A stretch of DNA of 64,000 nucleotides from a bacterium (GTDB lineage Bacteria; Patescibacteriota; Microgenomatia; UBA8517): contig JAKAJP010000018.1 of assembly GCA_021824915.1 (NCBI GenBank), positions 596-64,595 of the forward strand, in the 5' to 3' direction. The number at the start of each line of letters is the position of its first letter. The first letter of the stretch is position 1. Both the position numbers and the translations under genes were made by a program. Positions 9,864 through 20,000 of the stretch are shown piece after piece. A model generated the notes under the pieces. The model was not told the DNA's origin and searched no databases. It was given only the letters and a program-made list of their open reading frames with translations.

Positions 9864-10973
9864 ATGCGGATCCTCATAGACGGTCGGCTTTACGGCTTGG
9901 AAAATGCCGGTCTTGGCAGGTATATTATTAATTTGGTTACGGAGCTTACAAAAATCGATACAGAGAACGATTATGTTCTGCTTCTTAGAAAGAAATACTT
10001 TACGGAGTTAAACTTACCTAAAAATTGGAAAAAAGTTTTGGCGGACTACAGGCATTATAGCTTGTCAGAACAGGTTTGGCTCCCAGTGCTTATAAAGGGG
10101 GAAAACCCTGATCTTACCCATTTTCCCCATTTTAATGTTCCGTTTTTTTTTAATGGCAAATTTATTGTAACCATTCATGACATGCTAATGCATAATTTTG
10201 CCGGCCTTTCGGCAACGACTCTTCCCGCACCTTTCTATTTTTTCAAAAAACTTATATATAAATTCGTTTTCCGAAGGGCGATAATGGCAAGTGCAAAAAT
10301 AATTGTTCCAAGTGGTTCCGTTAAGAAAGATTTGGTTGATTATTACCACATCAATTCAGATAAAGTTGTTGTGACCCATGAAGGTTTTGATGAAAAGATC
10401 GGTAATCAATCCTTTGATTTGCCGACTCCATATTTTGTTTATGCAGGGAATGCTTATCCTCATAAGAACTTAAGCCAACTGATCAAAGCGACCCAGCTTT
10501 TGAACAGGGAAGTTGGCAAAAAGATAGTATTGGCCATAGCATCTGCAAGAAATGTATTTACTGGTAGATTGTCGGTTGAGGTTAGAAAATTAAACGCCGG
10601 TAATGTCGTCAGGCTGTTGGGTTTTGTACCGGATGAGAAGCTTGGCAGTTTATATAAAAATTCCGTTGGATTTGTTTTTCCGTCAGTAAGTGAGGGTTTT
10701 GGACTTCCTGGTCTTGAGGCACTTTCTTCCGGAACTTTGCTCTTAGCTTCTGACACCCCGGTTTTTAAGGAGATTTATAATGGCGCAGCAGATTATTTTA
10801 ATCCTCTGGACGTTTCTTCAATTAAAAGTGCGATGAAGAGTGCGTTGGAAATGGCGGGTATTACGCGTCAGGAGAGGATAAAATCCGGACAAAAATTTGT
10901 CAAAAAATATTCTTGGGCTAAAATGGCCAAAGAAACGCTAAAAATATATGCGCAAAGTGGCCATAGTATATGA
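9864..10973 (+). CDS. Glycosyltransferase family 4
   Basis: 'MRILIDGRLYGLENAGLGRY' N-terminus and 'EGFGLPGLEALSSGTLLLASDTPVFKE' C-terminal motif. Confidence 0.75.
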   Translation: MRILIDGRLYGLENAGLGRYIINLVTELTKIDTENDYVLLLRKKYFTELNLPKNWKKVLADYRHYSLSEQVWLPVLIKGENPDLTHFPHFNVPFFFNGKFIVTIHDMLMHNFAGLSATTLPAPFYFFKKLIYKFVFRRAIMASAKIIVPSGSVKKDLVDYYHINSDKVVVTHEGFDEKIGNQSFDLPTPYFVYAGNAYPHKNLSQLIKATQLLNREVGKKIVLAIASARNVFTGRLSVEVRKLNAGNVVRLLGFVPDEKLGSLYKNSVGFVFPSVSEGFGLPGLEALSSGTLLLASDTPVFKEIYNGAADYFNPLDVSSIKSAMKSALEMAGITRQERIKSGQKFVKKYSWAKMAKETLKIYAQSGHSI

Positions 10974-12057
10974 TCGTGTAAATAAATGGGGTGGGGCGGA
11001 ACGCGTGCTTCTTGCCCTCCACGAAATTTTTCCGGACGCCCCGCTTTTTACTTCCGTTTATGATGAAAAGAAAGCGCCGTGGGCAAAAGTTTTTAAGAGT
11101 GTAAAAACATCATTTCTTCAAAACATTCCTTTTGCAAAGAGCTGGCATGAAGGATTTGGCTGGGTAATGCCGTTTGTTTTTGAATCCTTTAATTTTGATG
11201 AATATGATTTGGTGATAAGCGTTACCAGCGAGGCTGCAAAAGGAATTAAAACAGGACCGAAAACCTTTCACATAAGTTATATTCTGACCCCTACACGTTA
11301 CCTTTGGAGTCATTATGATTTATATTTCAAAAATTCCATTTTGAAATATATTTCCGGTCCGGTTGTTAATTATTTAAGAGCGTGGGAAAGAATGGCTGCC
11401 AAAAGACCGGATGTTATGGTCGCGATTTCAACCGAAGTAAAAAATCGGATTAAAAAATACTATCGAAGAAATTCTGAAATAATATTTCCGCCTGTTAGTA
11501 AATCCAATACTCTAAACCCTAAATTCAAAATAAACCCGAAAGGTAAACACTATTTGTTGGTATCACGGCTGGACTTTGGATATAAAAAGGTTGATTTGGT
11601 AATTGAAACTTTTAACAGACTTAGGCTTCCTTTGGTCATAGTTGGAACCGGGCGCGAAGAAGTGAAGTTAAAGTGTTTGGCCAAAAGTAACATTAAATTT
11701 GCCGGAAGGGTCTCTGAGGAGAAACTTAAAAAGTATTATCAAAACGCGAAGGCGCTAATTATGCCGCAGGAAGAGGATTTTGGAATAGTTGCGGTTGAGG
11801 CCCAGATGTATGGTGTTCCCGTCATTGCTTATAAAAAGGGTGGGGTAATTGATACGGTGATCCCGGGAAAAACCGGAATATTTTTTGAGGAACAAAAACC
11901 GGAGAGTTTGGCAGACGCCATAAAAAGATTTGAAAAAATGAAATTTAGGAAAAATGACATTATCAAAAATGCAAAAAAGTTTTCGGTAGGTCGTTTTAGG
12001 AAAGAACTTCTGGCATTGATAAATAAGCAGGGTATGAATAAAATATATACACCATGA
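10948..12057 (+). CDS. Glycosyltransferase family 4
   Basis: 'EDFGIVAVEAQMYGVPVIAYKKGGVIDTV' GT4 signature. 26-nt overlap with the upstream gene. Confidence 0.75.
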   Translation: MRKVAIVYDRVNKWGGAERVLLALHEIFPDAPLFTSVYDEKKAPWAKVFKSVKTSFLQNIPFAKSWHEGFGWVMPFVFESFNFDEYDLVISVTSEAAKGIKTGPKTFHISYILTPTRYLWSHYDLYFKNSILKYISGPVVNYLRAWERMAAKRPDVMVAISTEVKNRIKKYYRRNSEIIFPPVSKSNTLNPKFKINPKGKHYLLVSRLDFGYKKVDLVIETFNRLRLPLVIVGTGREEVKLKCLAKSNIKFAGRVSEEKLKKYYQNAKALIMPQEEDFGIVAVEAQMYGVPVIAYKKGGVIDTVIPGKTGIFFEEQKPESLADAIKRFEKMKFRKNDIIKNAKKFSVGRFRKELLALINKQGMNKIYTP

Positions 12058-13112
12058 TTCCTGTAATCATTTGCGGAGGTTTTGGCACAAAGCTTTGGCC
12101 AATGAGCCGTGAGCATAAACCAAAACATTTTTTACCACTTATTAATGGAAAGTCTCTTTTCAGACTTAACTATGAGGCTTTATTAACCAAGTTTAAGCCG
12201 GAAGAGATTTATGTTTCTACAAATCCTGATCAGCTGATAATGGCCAAGGCCCAAGCTCCTGAAATTCCTGAAGCCAACTACATACTTGAACCGGAAATGC
12301 GAAATCAGGGGCCGGCAACGGGACTCATTGCGGCCTTCCTTTATAAAAGGGGACTTCAGGATGAACCGTTCATGATTATTCAAGCTGATGTTTTAAGAAA
12401 TCCGTCCGATGCTTTTATAAAAATGATGACCGATTGCGACGCCTTGGCCCGCAAAGATAGCAGGTATATAACCGGCGGTTTTAGGCCGGACTATCCGGTC
12501 ATGGGTGTTGATTATTTGGTAAAGGGGGAGCGGGTATCGGGGGAAAATGAAGTCGGAATTTATAAAATCGCCAAATTTATTTGGCGTGGTTCAAAAGAAC
12601 AGACCGAAGAGCTAATTAAAGAGGATACTTCACTAGTTCATGCTAATCATACTTGTATGACTCCCAAGAACTTTTTGGCTCTCTTACAGAAATATAGACC
12701 CGAATGGTATGGACCGCTTATGAATATTGTAAATGGGGCAGATATTGCGTCAGAGTATGTAAAAATGGAGCCGGGGCCGGTTGAAGACGTCACTCAAAAG
12801 GTTTATGAAGCGGGTGAAGCGCTTGTGGTGGAGCTGCCTTTTAAGTGGATGGATTTTGGGACATTTGAATCACTTGATAAATATTTGAAGGAAAATAATC
12901 TGTATTCTGTTTCGGACAACGTTGTTGATCTTAATGGAAAGGACAATTTTATAAAGTTGGACGATCCTAATAAAGTTGTCGCTCTGGTTGGTGTTGATAA
13001 TTTGGTTGTTGTTGATACGGGTGATGCACTTCTGATTTGCCCCAAAAATCAATCCGGTCAGGTTGGTGAAGCGCTAAAGGAAGTCAAGAAAAGAAAATTG
13101 GCTTTGACGTGA
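12054..13112 (+). CDS. manC: Mannose-1-phosphate guanylyltransferase (GDP-mannose pyrophosphorylase), NT domain only
   Basis: N-terminal 'MIPVIICGGFGTKLWPMSREHKPKHFLPLINGKSLF' matches the ManC/GMPP G-x-G-T-R-L-W-P signature. ATGA overlap with upstream. Confidence 0.75.
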   Translation: MIPVIICGGFGTKLWPMSREHKPKHFLPLINGKSLFRLNYEALLTKFKPEEIYVSTNPDQLIMAKAQAPEIPEANYILEPEMRNQGPATGLIAAFLYKRGLQDEPFMIIQADVLRNPSDAFIKMMTDCDALARKDSRYITGGFRPDYPVMGVDYLVKGERVSGENEVGIYKIAKFIWRGSKEQTEELIKEDTSLVHANHTCMTPKNFLALLQKYRPEWYGPLMNIVNGADIASEYVKMEPGPVEDVTQKVYEAGEALVVELPFKWMDFGTFESLDKYLKENNLYSVSDNVVDLNGKDNFIKLDDPNKVVALVGVDNLVVVDTGDALLICPKNQSGQVGEALKEVKKRKLALT

Positions 13113-13119
13113 GAGAAAT

Positions 13120-13770
13120 ATGTTGTACGACATAATTAAAAGGACCATGGACATTCTTCTGTCCTTGATTTTAATAATTCTATTTTCCCCGATAATGCTT
13201 GCCGCAATAGTTATTATTGCCATTACTTCCCCCGGGCCGGTACTAGTTGAAAGGACTAATAAAACCGCACAAAGAGTAGGGAAGAAAGGAAAAATCTTTT
13301 ACCACTACAAATTTAGAAGTATGATTCCCAATGCATATCATCTACTAAAAACTGACCCCAAGTTCAAAAGACTTTATGAGGAGTATAAAAAATCGAGTTT
13401 CAAGCTTCATGCAGACCCCAGGGTGACCAAATTCGGCAAATTTATTAGAAAATATTCGATTGATGAGATGCCGCAGCTTTTTAATGTTTTGAAGGGGGAA
13501 ATGAGTTTGGTTGGTCCCCGTCCATATTTTGTTGACGAGCTTAAAGAACAACAGCAAAGATATCCGGGCACGAGTAGGTTTGTAAAAGACACATTAACGG
13601 TGAAACCGGGAATTACAGGATTTTGGCAGGTTTCAGGGCGTAGCACGGTCAATTTTGACAGAAGGATTGAAATGGATGCTTATTATGCAAAAAAGAGATC
13701 GCTAATGCTCGACTTTCTTATTATCCTCAAAACTCCGTTTGTAATGATCAGCGGCAAAGGCGCAGTCTAG
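13120..13770 (+). CDS. Polyprenyl-phosphate sugar phosphotransferase (bacterial sugar transferase family, WbaP/WecA-like priming enzyme, C-terminal catalytic domain type)
   Basis: Single N-terminal TM followed by 'DEMPQLFNVLKGEMSLVGPRP' and 'GITGFWQVSGRS', the hallmark motifs of the Bac_transf family. Confidence 0.8.
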   Translation: MLYDIIKRTMDILLSLILIILFSPIMLAAIVIIAITSPGPVLVERTNKTAQRVGKKGKIFYHYKFRSMIPNAYHLLKTDPKFKRLYEEYKKSSFKLHADPRVTKFGKFIRKYSIDEMPQLFNVLKGEMSLVGPRPYFVDELKEQQQRYPGTSRFVKDTLTVKPGITGFWQVSGRSTVNFDRRIEMDAYYAKKRSLMLDFLIILKTPFVMISGKGAV

Positions 13771-13779
13771 TATGTTATC

Positions 13780-15852
13780 ATGAATGATATGCCCGATTTG
13801 GTCGTTCCGAAAATTGATCTCGAGAATAATGCGAATACTAGCGTTGAACCGAAAACCGGGGATTCAATTTTATTACCCAATACTCCGGATCAAACCTTGG
13901 TATCAAACGATCCCGCGCCTGAGCCTACAAATGCTCCGCCCGCAAACAAAAATTTTTTAACGCTAAGAGCACCCCTGAAAAACTGGGCAAAAATTTTAAT
14001 AGGTTTTGGAATTTTTATAGTTGTTTTGGTTGTGGCCATAGCAGTTCCCGGTTTTTTTGCATATCAAAAAGCTCTGGCACTGGCGGCTGAGTCTAAAAAA
14101 CTCTCCGAAGTTACAAAATCCAAAGACATTAATCAGGTCAAAGCCGGAATAGATAAAGAAAAGAAAGCGCTAAACGATTTCAAGTCTTCATTTGCACTTT
14201 TGGGCTGGACAAAAATAATCCCATATTTTGGAGGCTACACAAGCGATGTTGATCATGCTGTTAATGCCGCATCCGCAGGTTTAGACGCAAGTCAGATTGC
14301 AATTCAATCCCTTGAGCCATATCTTGATACGCTCGGATTTTTTAGTTCCGGGGGCAGTTCACAAAAAGATGGAACAAAAACAACTCAAGAAAGAATAGAC
14401 TTTATTGTTCAGGCGATTCCGGCCCTTCTTCCTAAAATGGACGAACTTAGCGCAAAAGCAAAAATTGTAAAAACAGAAATTGATCAAATTAACCCCGATA
14501 GATATCCGACCAAGTTTAAGAATTTTCAGGTAAAAGCAAATATTAAAAATGCCCAATTTTTGGTTGATGAGGCAACAACATTTATTACAAACGGCAAGCC
14601 TGTTTTGGAAGCAGCGCCGTACCTCCTTGGTATAGATTCCCCGAGGACTTATATGGTTATTTTCCAAAACGATAAGGAACTACGTCCCACCGGCGGTTTT
14701 ATGACCGGATACGCGATTATGAAAGTTGATAAGGCAAAGTTCCAGCCGGTTGCCAGCAACGATATGTATAATTTGGATGCTCAGTACACACCTTCTATTC
14801 CGGCCCCGGACCCAATTGTTAAATATATAAGAGGTCCATACGTTCTTTCCCAAAAACTCCGTCTAAGGGATATGAACTGGTCGCCTGATTTTGCCCAGAG
14901 CATGAACACCTTTACAACCGCCGCGAGTGAGGCGGGTGTTAATAAAATTGACGGAGTTATTGGTGTTGATACCCAGCTTTTGGTTAATCTTTTAGATGTG
15001 ATTGGCCCATTAGGTGTTCCCGGATACGGAAATTTCAGTACGCAAATTGACCCTCAGTGTAACTGCGCTCAAGTTATTCATGAACTTGAAGCTTACGCCG
15101 ATATTGAAGGGCCAATTGTTTGGGATCCGAATACCGGAAAAATTGTTTATAGTCCTCCGAATGCCGACAACAGAAAAAGGATAATCGGGCCACTAATGAA
15201 TTCAATTTTGGCCAACGCAATGGGTCAGCCGAAGGAAAAGTTGCCGGCGCTTTTTACGGCAGGGTTTAAGTCCTTAATGGAAAAGCATGTTCTTTTTTAT
15301 CTGCTTGATGACAAAACTGAAAAAGCGGTTTCTGACTTTGGTTTGGGAGGAGTTATAAATCAAAACTACTCCGGCGATTATCTTCACATAAATGATGCGA
15401 ATTTGGGGGGAAGAAAATCTAACCTTTATGCAACTGAGGAGGTTATGCAGGATATAAATGTTGCAGCCGACGGAAGTGTAACCAAAACGGTGACAATTAC
15501 CTATAAAAATCCTCAAACACAGGATGGCTGGCTTAATTCGGTATTACCGGATTGGGTAAGAGTTTATGTTCCTAAAGGAAGCACATTAATTGCCGCAGAG
15601 GGCCTTGAAGCAAAGCAAGATCCATATGACGATTTGGGCCACACTGTTTTTGCAGGATATTTCCAGCTTCGTCCGGAAGGAGTTTCCAAAGTAACTCTTA
15701 AGTATAAACTTCCTTTCAAAGTATCAAGAGATTATAAAATGTTAATTCAGAAACAACCCGGAACGGACGGGCCGCTTTATACAATTAATCTTGGCAGGCA
15801 TACGGAAGAGTTCTACTTAAAGAGCGACAAAGAAGTTAGCATAGGGTTATAA
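13780..15852 (+). CDS. Large membrane-anchored extracytoplasmic protein of unknown function (possibly DUF4012-like), associated with the glycan locus
   Basis: 690 aa, with an N-terminal cytoplasmic low-complexity stretch, one TM (ILIGFGIFIVVLVVAIAV), then a long soluble region. No motif I can name with confidence. Confidence 0.4.
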   Translation: MNDMPDLVVPKIDLENNANTSVEPKTGDSILLPNTPDQTLVSNDPAPEPTNAPPANKNFLTLRAPLKNWAKILIGFGIFIVVLVVAIAVPGFFAYQKALALAAESKKLSEVTKSKDINQVKAGIDKEKKALNDFKSSFALLGWTKIIPYFGGYTSDVDHAVNAASAGLDASQIAIQSLEPYLDTLGFFSSGGSSQKDGTKTTQERIDFIVQAIPALLPKMDELSAKAKIVKTEIDQINPDRYPTKFKNFQVKANIKNAQFLVDEATTFITNGKPVLEAAPYLLGIDSPRTYMVIFQNDKELRPTGGFMTGYAIMKVDKAKFQPVASNDMYNLDAQYTPSIPAPDPIVKYIRGPYVLSQKLRLRDMNWSPDFAQSMNTFTTAASEAGVNKIDGVIGVDTQLLVNLLDVIGPLGVPGYGNFSTQIDPQCNCAQVIHELEAYADIEGPIVWDPNTGKIVYSPPNADNRKRIIGPLMNSILANAMGQPKEKLPALFTAGFKSLMEKHVLFYLLDDKTEKAVSDFGLGGVINQNYSGDYLHINDANLGGRKSNLYATEEVMQDINVAADGSVTKTVTITYKNPQTQDGWLNSVLPDWVRVYVPKGSTLIAAEGLEAKQDPYDDLGHTVFAGYFQLRPEGVSKVTLKYKLPFKVSRDYKMLIQKQPGTDGPLYTINLGRHTEEFYLKSDKEVSIGL

Positions 15853-15859
15853 TTGGCGC

Positions 15860-16405
15860 ATGCATGCGCACTCATATACTTCAGAGGGAATAATTCTTGC
15901 CAGAAAAAATTTTGGAGAAGCGGATAGAATTCTTTGGGTTTATTCAAAATCACATGGTAGAGTTGCACTAATTGCCAAAGGTATCAGGCGCCCCAAAAGC
16001 CGTAAAAGAGGACATTTGGAAATTTTTGCCAAAGTAAATTTCCAAGCTACAAAATCGCATAGCCTAGATTTAATGCTTGAGGCAGAAGTTATTGATGCCT
16101 ATCCGGAAATTAGAAAAAGCTTAAAAAAAGTTTCTCTTGCGTACTACATCTGCGAGGTAATCGGCAAAATTACACACGAACAGGAACCGAATGTTGAACT
16201 TTATGATCTGATTTTGGAAAATTTGGAAAAATTAAAATCTACAAAGAGGTTAAAAGAACTCCGGCTGGAATTTATTCATAACCTCCTAATTTTAACCGGT
16301 TATTGGCCGCATGATAAAAAACTTTCCGATCCGGATACAAAACTTGAGGAAGTCATTGAACGGCAGTTGTATAGCAGTAGGGTTGGCAAAATCATTTCTT
16401 CTTAA
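15860..16405 (+). CDS. recO: DNA repair protein RecO (short form, OB-fold N-terminal domain)
   Basis: 'GIILARKNFGEADRILWVYSKSHGRVALIAKGIRRPKSRKRG' matches the conserved RecO N-terminal region. At 181 aa it lacks the usual C-terminal Zn-finger part. Confidence 0.6.
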   Translation: MHAHSYTSEGIILARKNFGEADRILWVYSKSHGRVALIAKGIRRPKSRKRGHLEIFAKVNFQATKSHSLDLMLEAEVIDAYPEIRKSLKKVSLAYYICEVIGKITHEQEPNVELYDLILENLEKLKSTKRLKELRLEFIHNLLILTGYWPHDKKLSDPDTKLEEVIERQLYSSRVGKIISS

Positions 16406-16408
16406 ATT

Positions 16409-16954
16409 TTAATGATTGTTTTGCTTTTGGGTGAAAAGATGTGTTTCATAATTAACTAGAGTTGCCTCCTTTTTATTAAATATTTCTTTGCAAATTAATA
16501 TTGCAACCTTTGTCGCTTTGAGATAGTGATTTTCAAAAGAGACTTTTATATCTAGCTTTTCTTCGTCATACTTTTCTTCGGTAATATGAGACTTTTTAAT
16601 ACCTGAGTCTGACAATATTCTTTTTAATTCTGGTTTGCGGGTATAGAATGCATTCGTATACCACACAGGTATATTCATAATTAAAACTCCACCAAAGTTG
16701 GCAAATTGCACAAACTTTTCATCTGTAGTATCAAAATCGAAGATTACAAACGATCCGTTTGGAAGATTTTTCAGGGCATATTTCAAAAAAGAAAAACTTA
16801 ATTTAGGATTTAGATAATTTTCTTTGTGCCAAACTAGCCAAAGCTTAAATTCATAAATTTTCTGCAATGTTTTGAAAATGGGACCCCAAAAATCAAACTC
16901 AATATTGAAGCTTATTCCCAAAATATCTCTTTTTATTACAAGCGGGTTGAACAT
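16409..16954 (-). CDS. Hypothetical protein
   Basis: 181-aa ORF convergent with recO and divergent from the downstream operon. No recognisable motif. Confidence 0.4.
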   Translation of the reverse strand: MFNPLVIKRDILGISFNIEFDFWGPIFKTLQKIYEFKLWLVWHKENYLNPKLSFSFLKYALKNLPNGSFVIFDFDTTDEKFVQFANFGGVLIMNIPVWYTNAFYTRKPELKRILSDSGIKKSHITEEKYDEEKLDIKVSFENHYLKATKVAILICKEIFNKKEATLVNYETHLFTQKQNNH

Positions 16955-17055
16955 ATGCCCATAATATTCTCAAAACTTAAACTTCGCAAACGACCTTGGC
17001 TATTTTAAGAGTAAAATAGTAGTTCAGCCCGAAAAAGTTGTAAAATACAGGCAGA

Positions 17056-20000
17056 ATGTCGCTTATAGATAATAAAAACCAAACACTTCAAGATGCACTT
17101 AAAAACGCGTTGGTGACAGCTGATAGAGTTGATATTGCAGTCGGTTTCTTTTACTTCTCCGGTTTTGAAGCTTTGGCAAAAGAACTCAAAGACAAAAAAG
17201 TCCGTATATTGGTTGGCTTAGAAGTTGACCCCAAACTTATATCCGAAATCTCCCAAAAGGCGAAGGGTGGAGACGTTGATCTTTCCAAATATCAAACCAG
17301 AGACTCCATCAATTCCCGAACGGTTAAAAAATTAAACTACATAGACGCCTTTGTGGGCTTCATGAACGATAGTGATGTTTTCGATTCAAACAAAGCCAAC
17401 GAACTTTACGAGCTTTATATGCAAAAGATTAAAGATGGCTCTTTAGAAATTAGAAAGACGATAGACGATTATCATGGCAAATTTTACTTAACATTTAACA
17501 AAAAAGGGGTTGATCAAAATGGTGATTTGCCGGGTACGGCCTTTTTTGGCTCAAGTAATTTATCTTACAGAGGACTAAATGGACAAGGTGAATTGAATCG
17601 CTCAAGCCATGAGAAAAGTGAATTTACTGAATTGGTCGGTGAATTTGAAGAAATGTGGAGTGATTCAAAATCAATCTCAATAGCAGATACTAACACCCGA
17701 GACGAGTTTATTGAATCAATCAAACCCCGTGTTTGGAAATATAGCACACCGCTTCCGTACCAAATTTATATTAGAGTTTTACAGGAATTATTCCAGCAAA
17801 AGGAGATAGAGTCCTTAAAAACGCCTAGCACCATTACAAAAGGACTTTATATTGACCTTGAATACCAAGTCGATGCAATAAAAATGGTAATAGATAAACT
17901 CAATAAATACGATGGTGCAATTCTTGCGGATGTTGTAGGACTAGGTAAAAGTATCATTGCCTTAGCTGTCGCCAGAAACATGGATATTAAAACTGTCATC
18001 ATCGCTCCACCCCATCTAATGTCCCAATGGGAAGAATATAAAGAGCAATTTGGTATTAGAGGCTCAAAAGTTTATAGCTCTGGAAAAATACAAGAAGTTT
18101 ATGATAGATATCACGAATCAAACGAGCCAATGTTGTTTGTGCTCGACGAAGCTCATAGATTTAGAAATGAGGATACCAATGATTACAAGCTACTCCATCA
18201 GGTTTGTCGTAGTAACCCTGAAAATAAAATTCTTCTTCTAACAGCAACGCCGTTTAACAATGATCCAAAGGACGTATTTGCATTGATAAAACTTTTCCAA
18301 ACACCCGGGCAATCTACGATTCGCTCGGTTGACAATTTGAGTCTTCGTTATCGCGATCTTATTCAGCGATATAAAAAACTGCGAAGGGATATGACTAAAG
18401 GTGTGGATCAAGAATTAGTTGATAAGGAGGCCTCTGAAATAGCCGCCGAACAAAGAAGACTCATCGAAACAATTATTATCAGGCGATCGCGTCTCGATTT
18501 GGATTACATAACACGTTACCGGGAAGATTTACATCGCCAGAATATTTCGTTTGCTGAAATTAGAGGACCTGAACCCCTTGAATACGATCTCGGTGAATTA
18601 CTTGAACCTTATACGAAAACTTTAGACTTAATTATTAAACCAGACAACGAAGGGTTTATCGGGGCCAGATATAAGCCGACCTCTGAAGTCTACATGGATG
18701 ATCAAAATCGCAAAAAGTTTATCGATAAGTACAAAAGCGAGTTTGATGACATTGAAGATCTTCGAACAGCACAATCTAACTTAGCAAAATTCATGCGACG
18801 ACTTTTAGTTATGCGTTTTGAAAGTTCAAAAGATGCCTTTAGATCAACTCTCGATAAGATGATCGAGTCCAACAAATTAATTGAACACTGGTGGGATACT
18901 TTAGGATCTGTACCAATTATGAAAAAGGGGCAGCTACCAGACCCAGAAGATTACCAAAGTGAGGACGGCGAAGTAGATTCACTTTCAGATGAACTTGAGT
19001 TATTACGAAATAAAAAGGGATTACTTGAGATCAGCAAGGATATGCTTGATTCAAAGTTTATCGACGATGTACGACACGATACTAAACTTCTTCAAACAAT
19101 TAGGGATGACTGGTATTCAAACAAGAAATATGTGGAGCTTGATCCAAAACTAGATAATGTAATTCAAAAAATTCGTGATCTTTTGACTGAAAACCCAGAC
19201 AGAAAAATAGTTATATTTTCAGGTTACAAAGACACTGTAGATTATTTGTATAAGGAGATTTTGAAACGTGGCTTGGATAGAGTCGCAAAGTATACAGCTT
19301 CTGAAGGGACAGATGCCTATAAAAAAGTTATTCGCCAAAATTTTGATGCATCGCTTCCAGTAACTCAACAACAAAATGATTTTGATGTCTTGGTAGCAAC
19401 AGATGCTCTTAGCGAAGGTTTCAATCTACATAGGGCTGGAATTATTATCAATTACGACATCCCATATAATCCAACAAGAGTAATTCAAAGAGTTGGACGT
19501 ATTAATCGTATCAACAAAAAAGTCTTTGACTTTCTATATATTTATAACTGCTTCCCCACAGTAATCGGTGAAGAAGAGACCCGGGTAAAATTGATATCGA
19601 CCTTGAAAATGAAACTAATAAATGCAGTTGTTGGTAGTGATACAAAAACCCTTACCAAAGATGAAGAACTTGTTAGTTTCTTTAAAGATGAGTTTGATCG
19701 AGCAAGACGAGAAGATGAAAAACTTTCTTGGGATACAAAACATAGAGAGAATTACGAAAAATCTCTAAAAGACAAAGAACTTACGCAAAAGGTTTTGGAA
19801 CTTCCTAGAAGGAGCCGTATTAAAAGAAAGGGTCAGAAGAACTTGGGGACAATTGTTTTTGGTAAAAAAGGTCAAAACACAATTTTTACATACGGTTTAA
19901 TACCCGATGAAATAAAAGTTACGTCTGCAGAAGAATCGTTGCCCATCTTTGAATCAGAGCCTGACGAAATTGGTGATGTAGTGGATAAGAATTTTACCGA

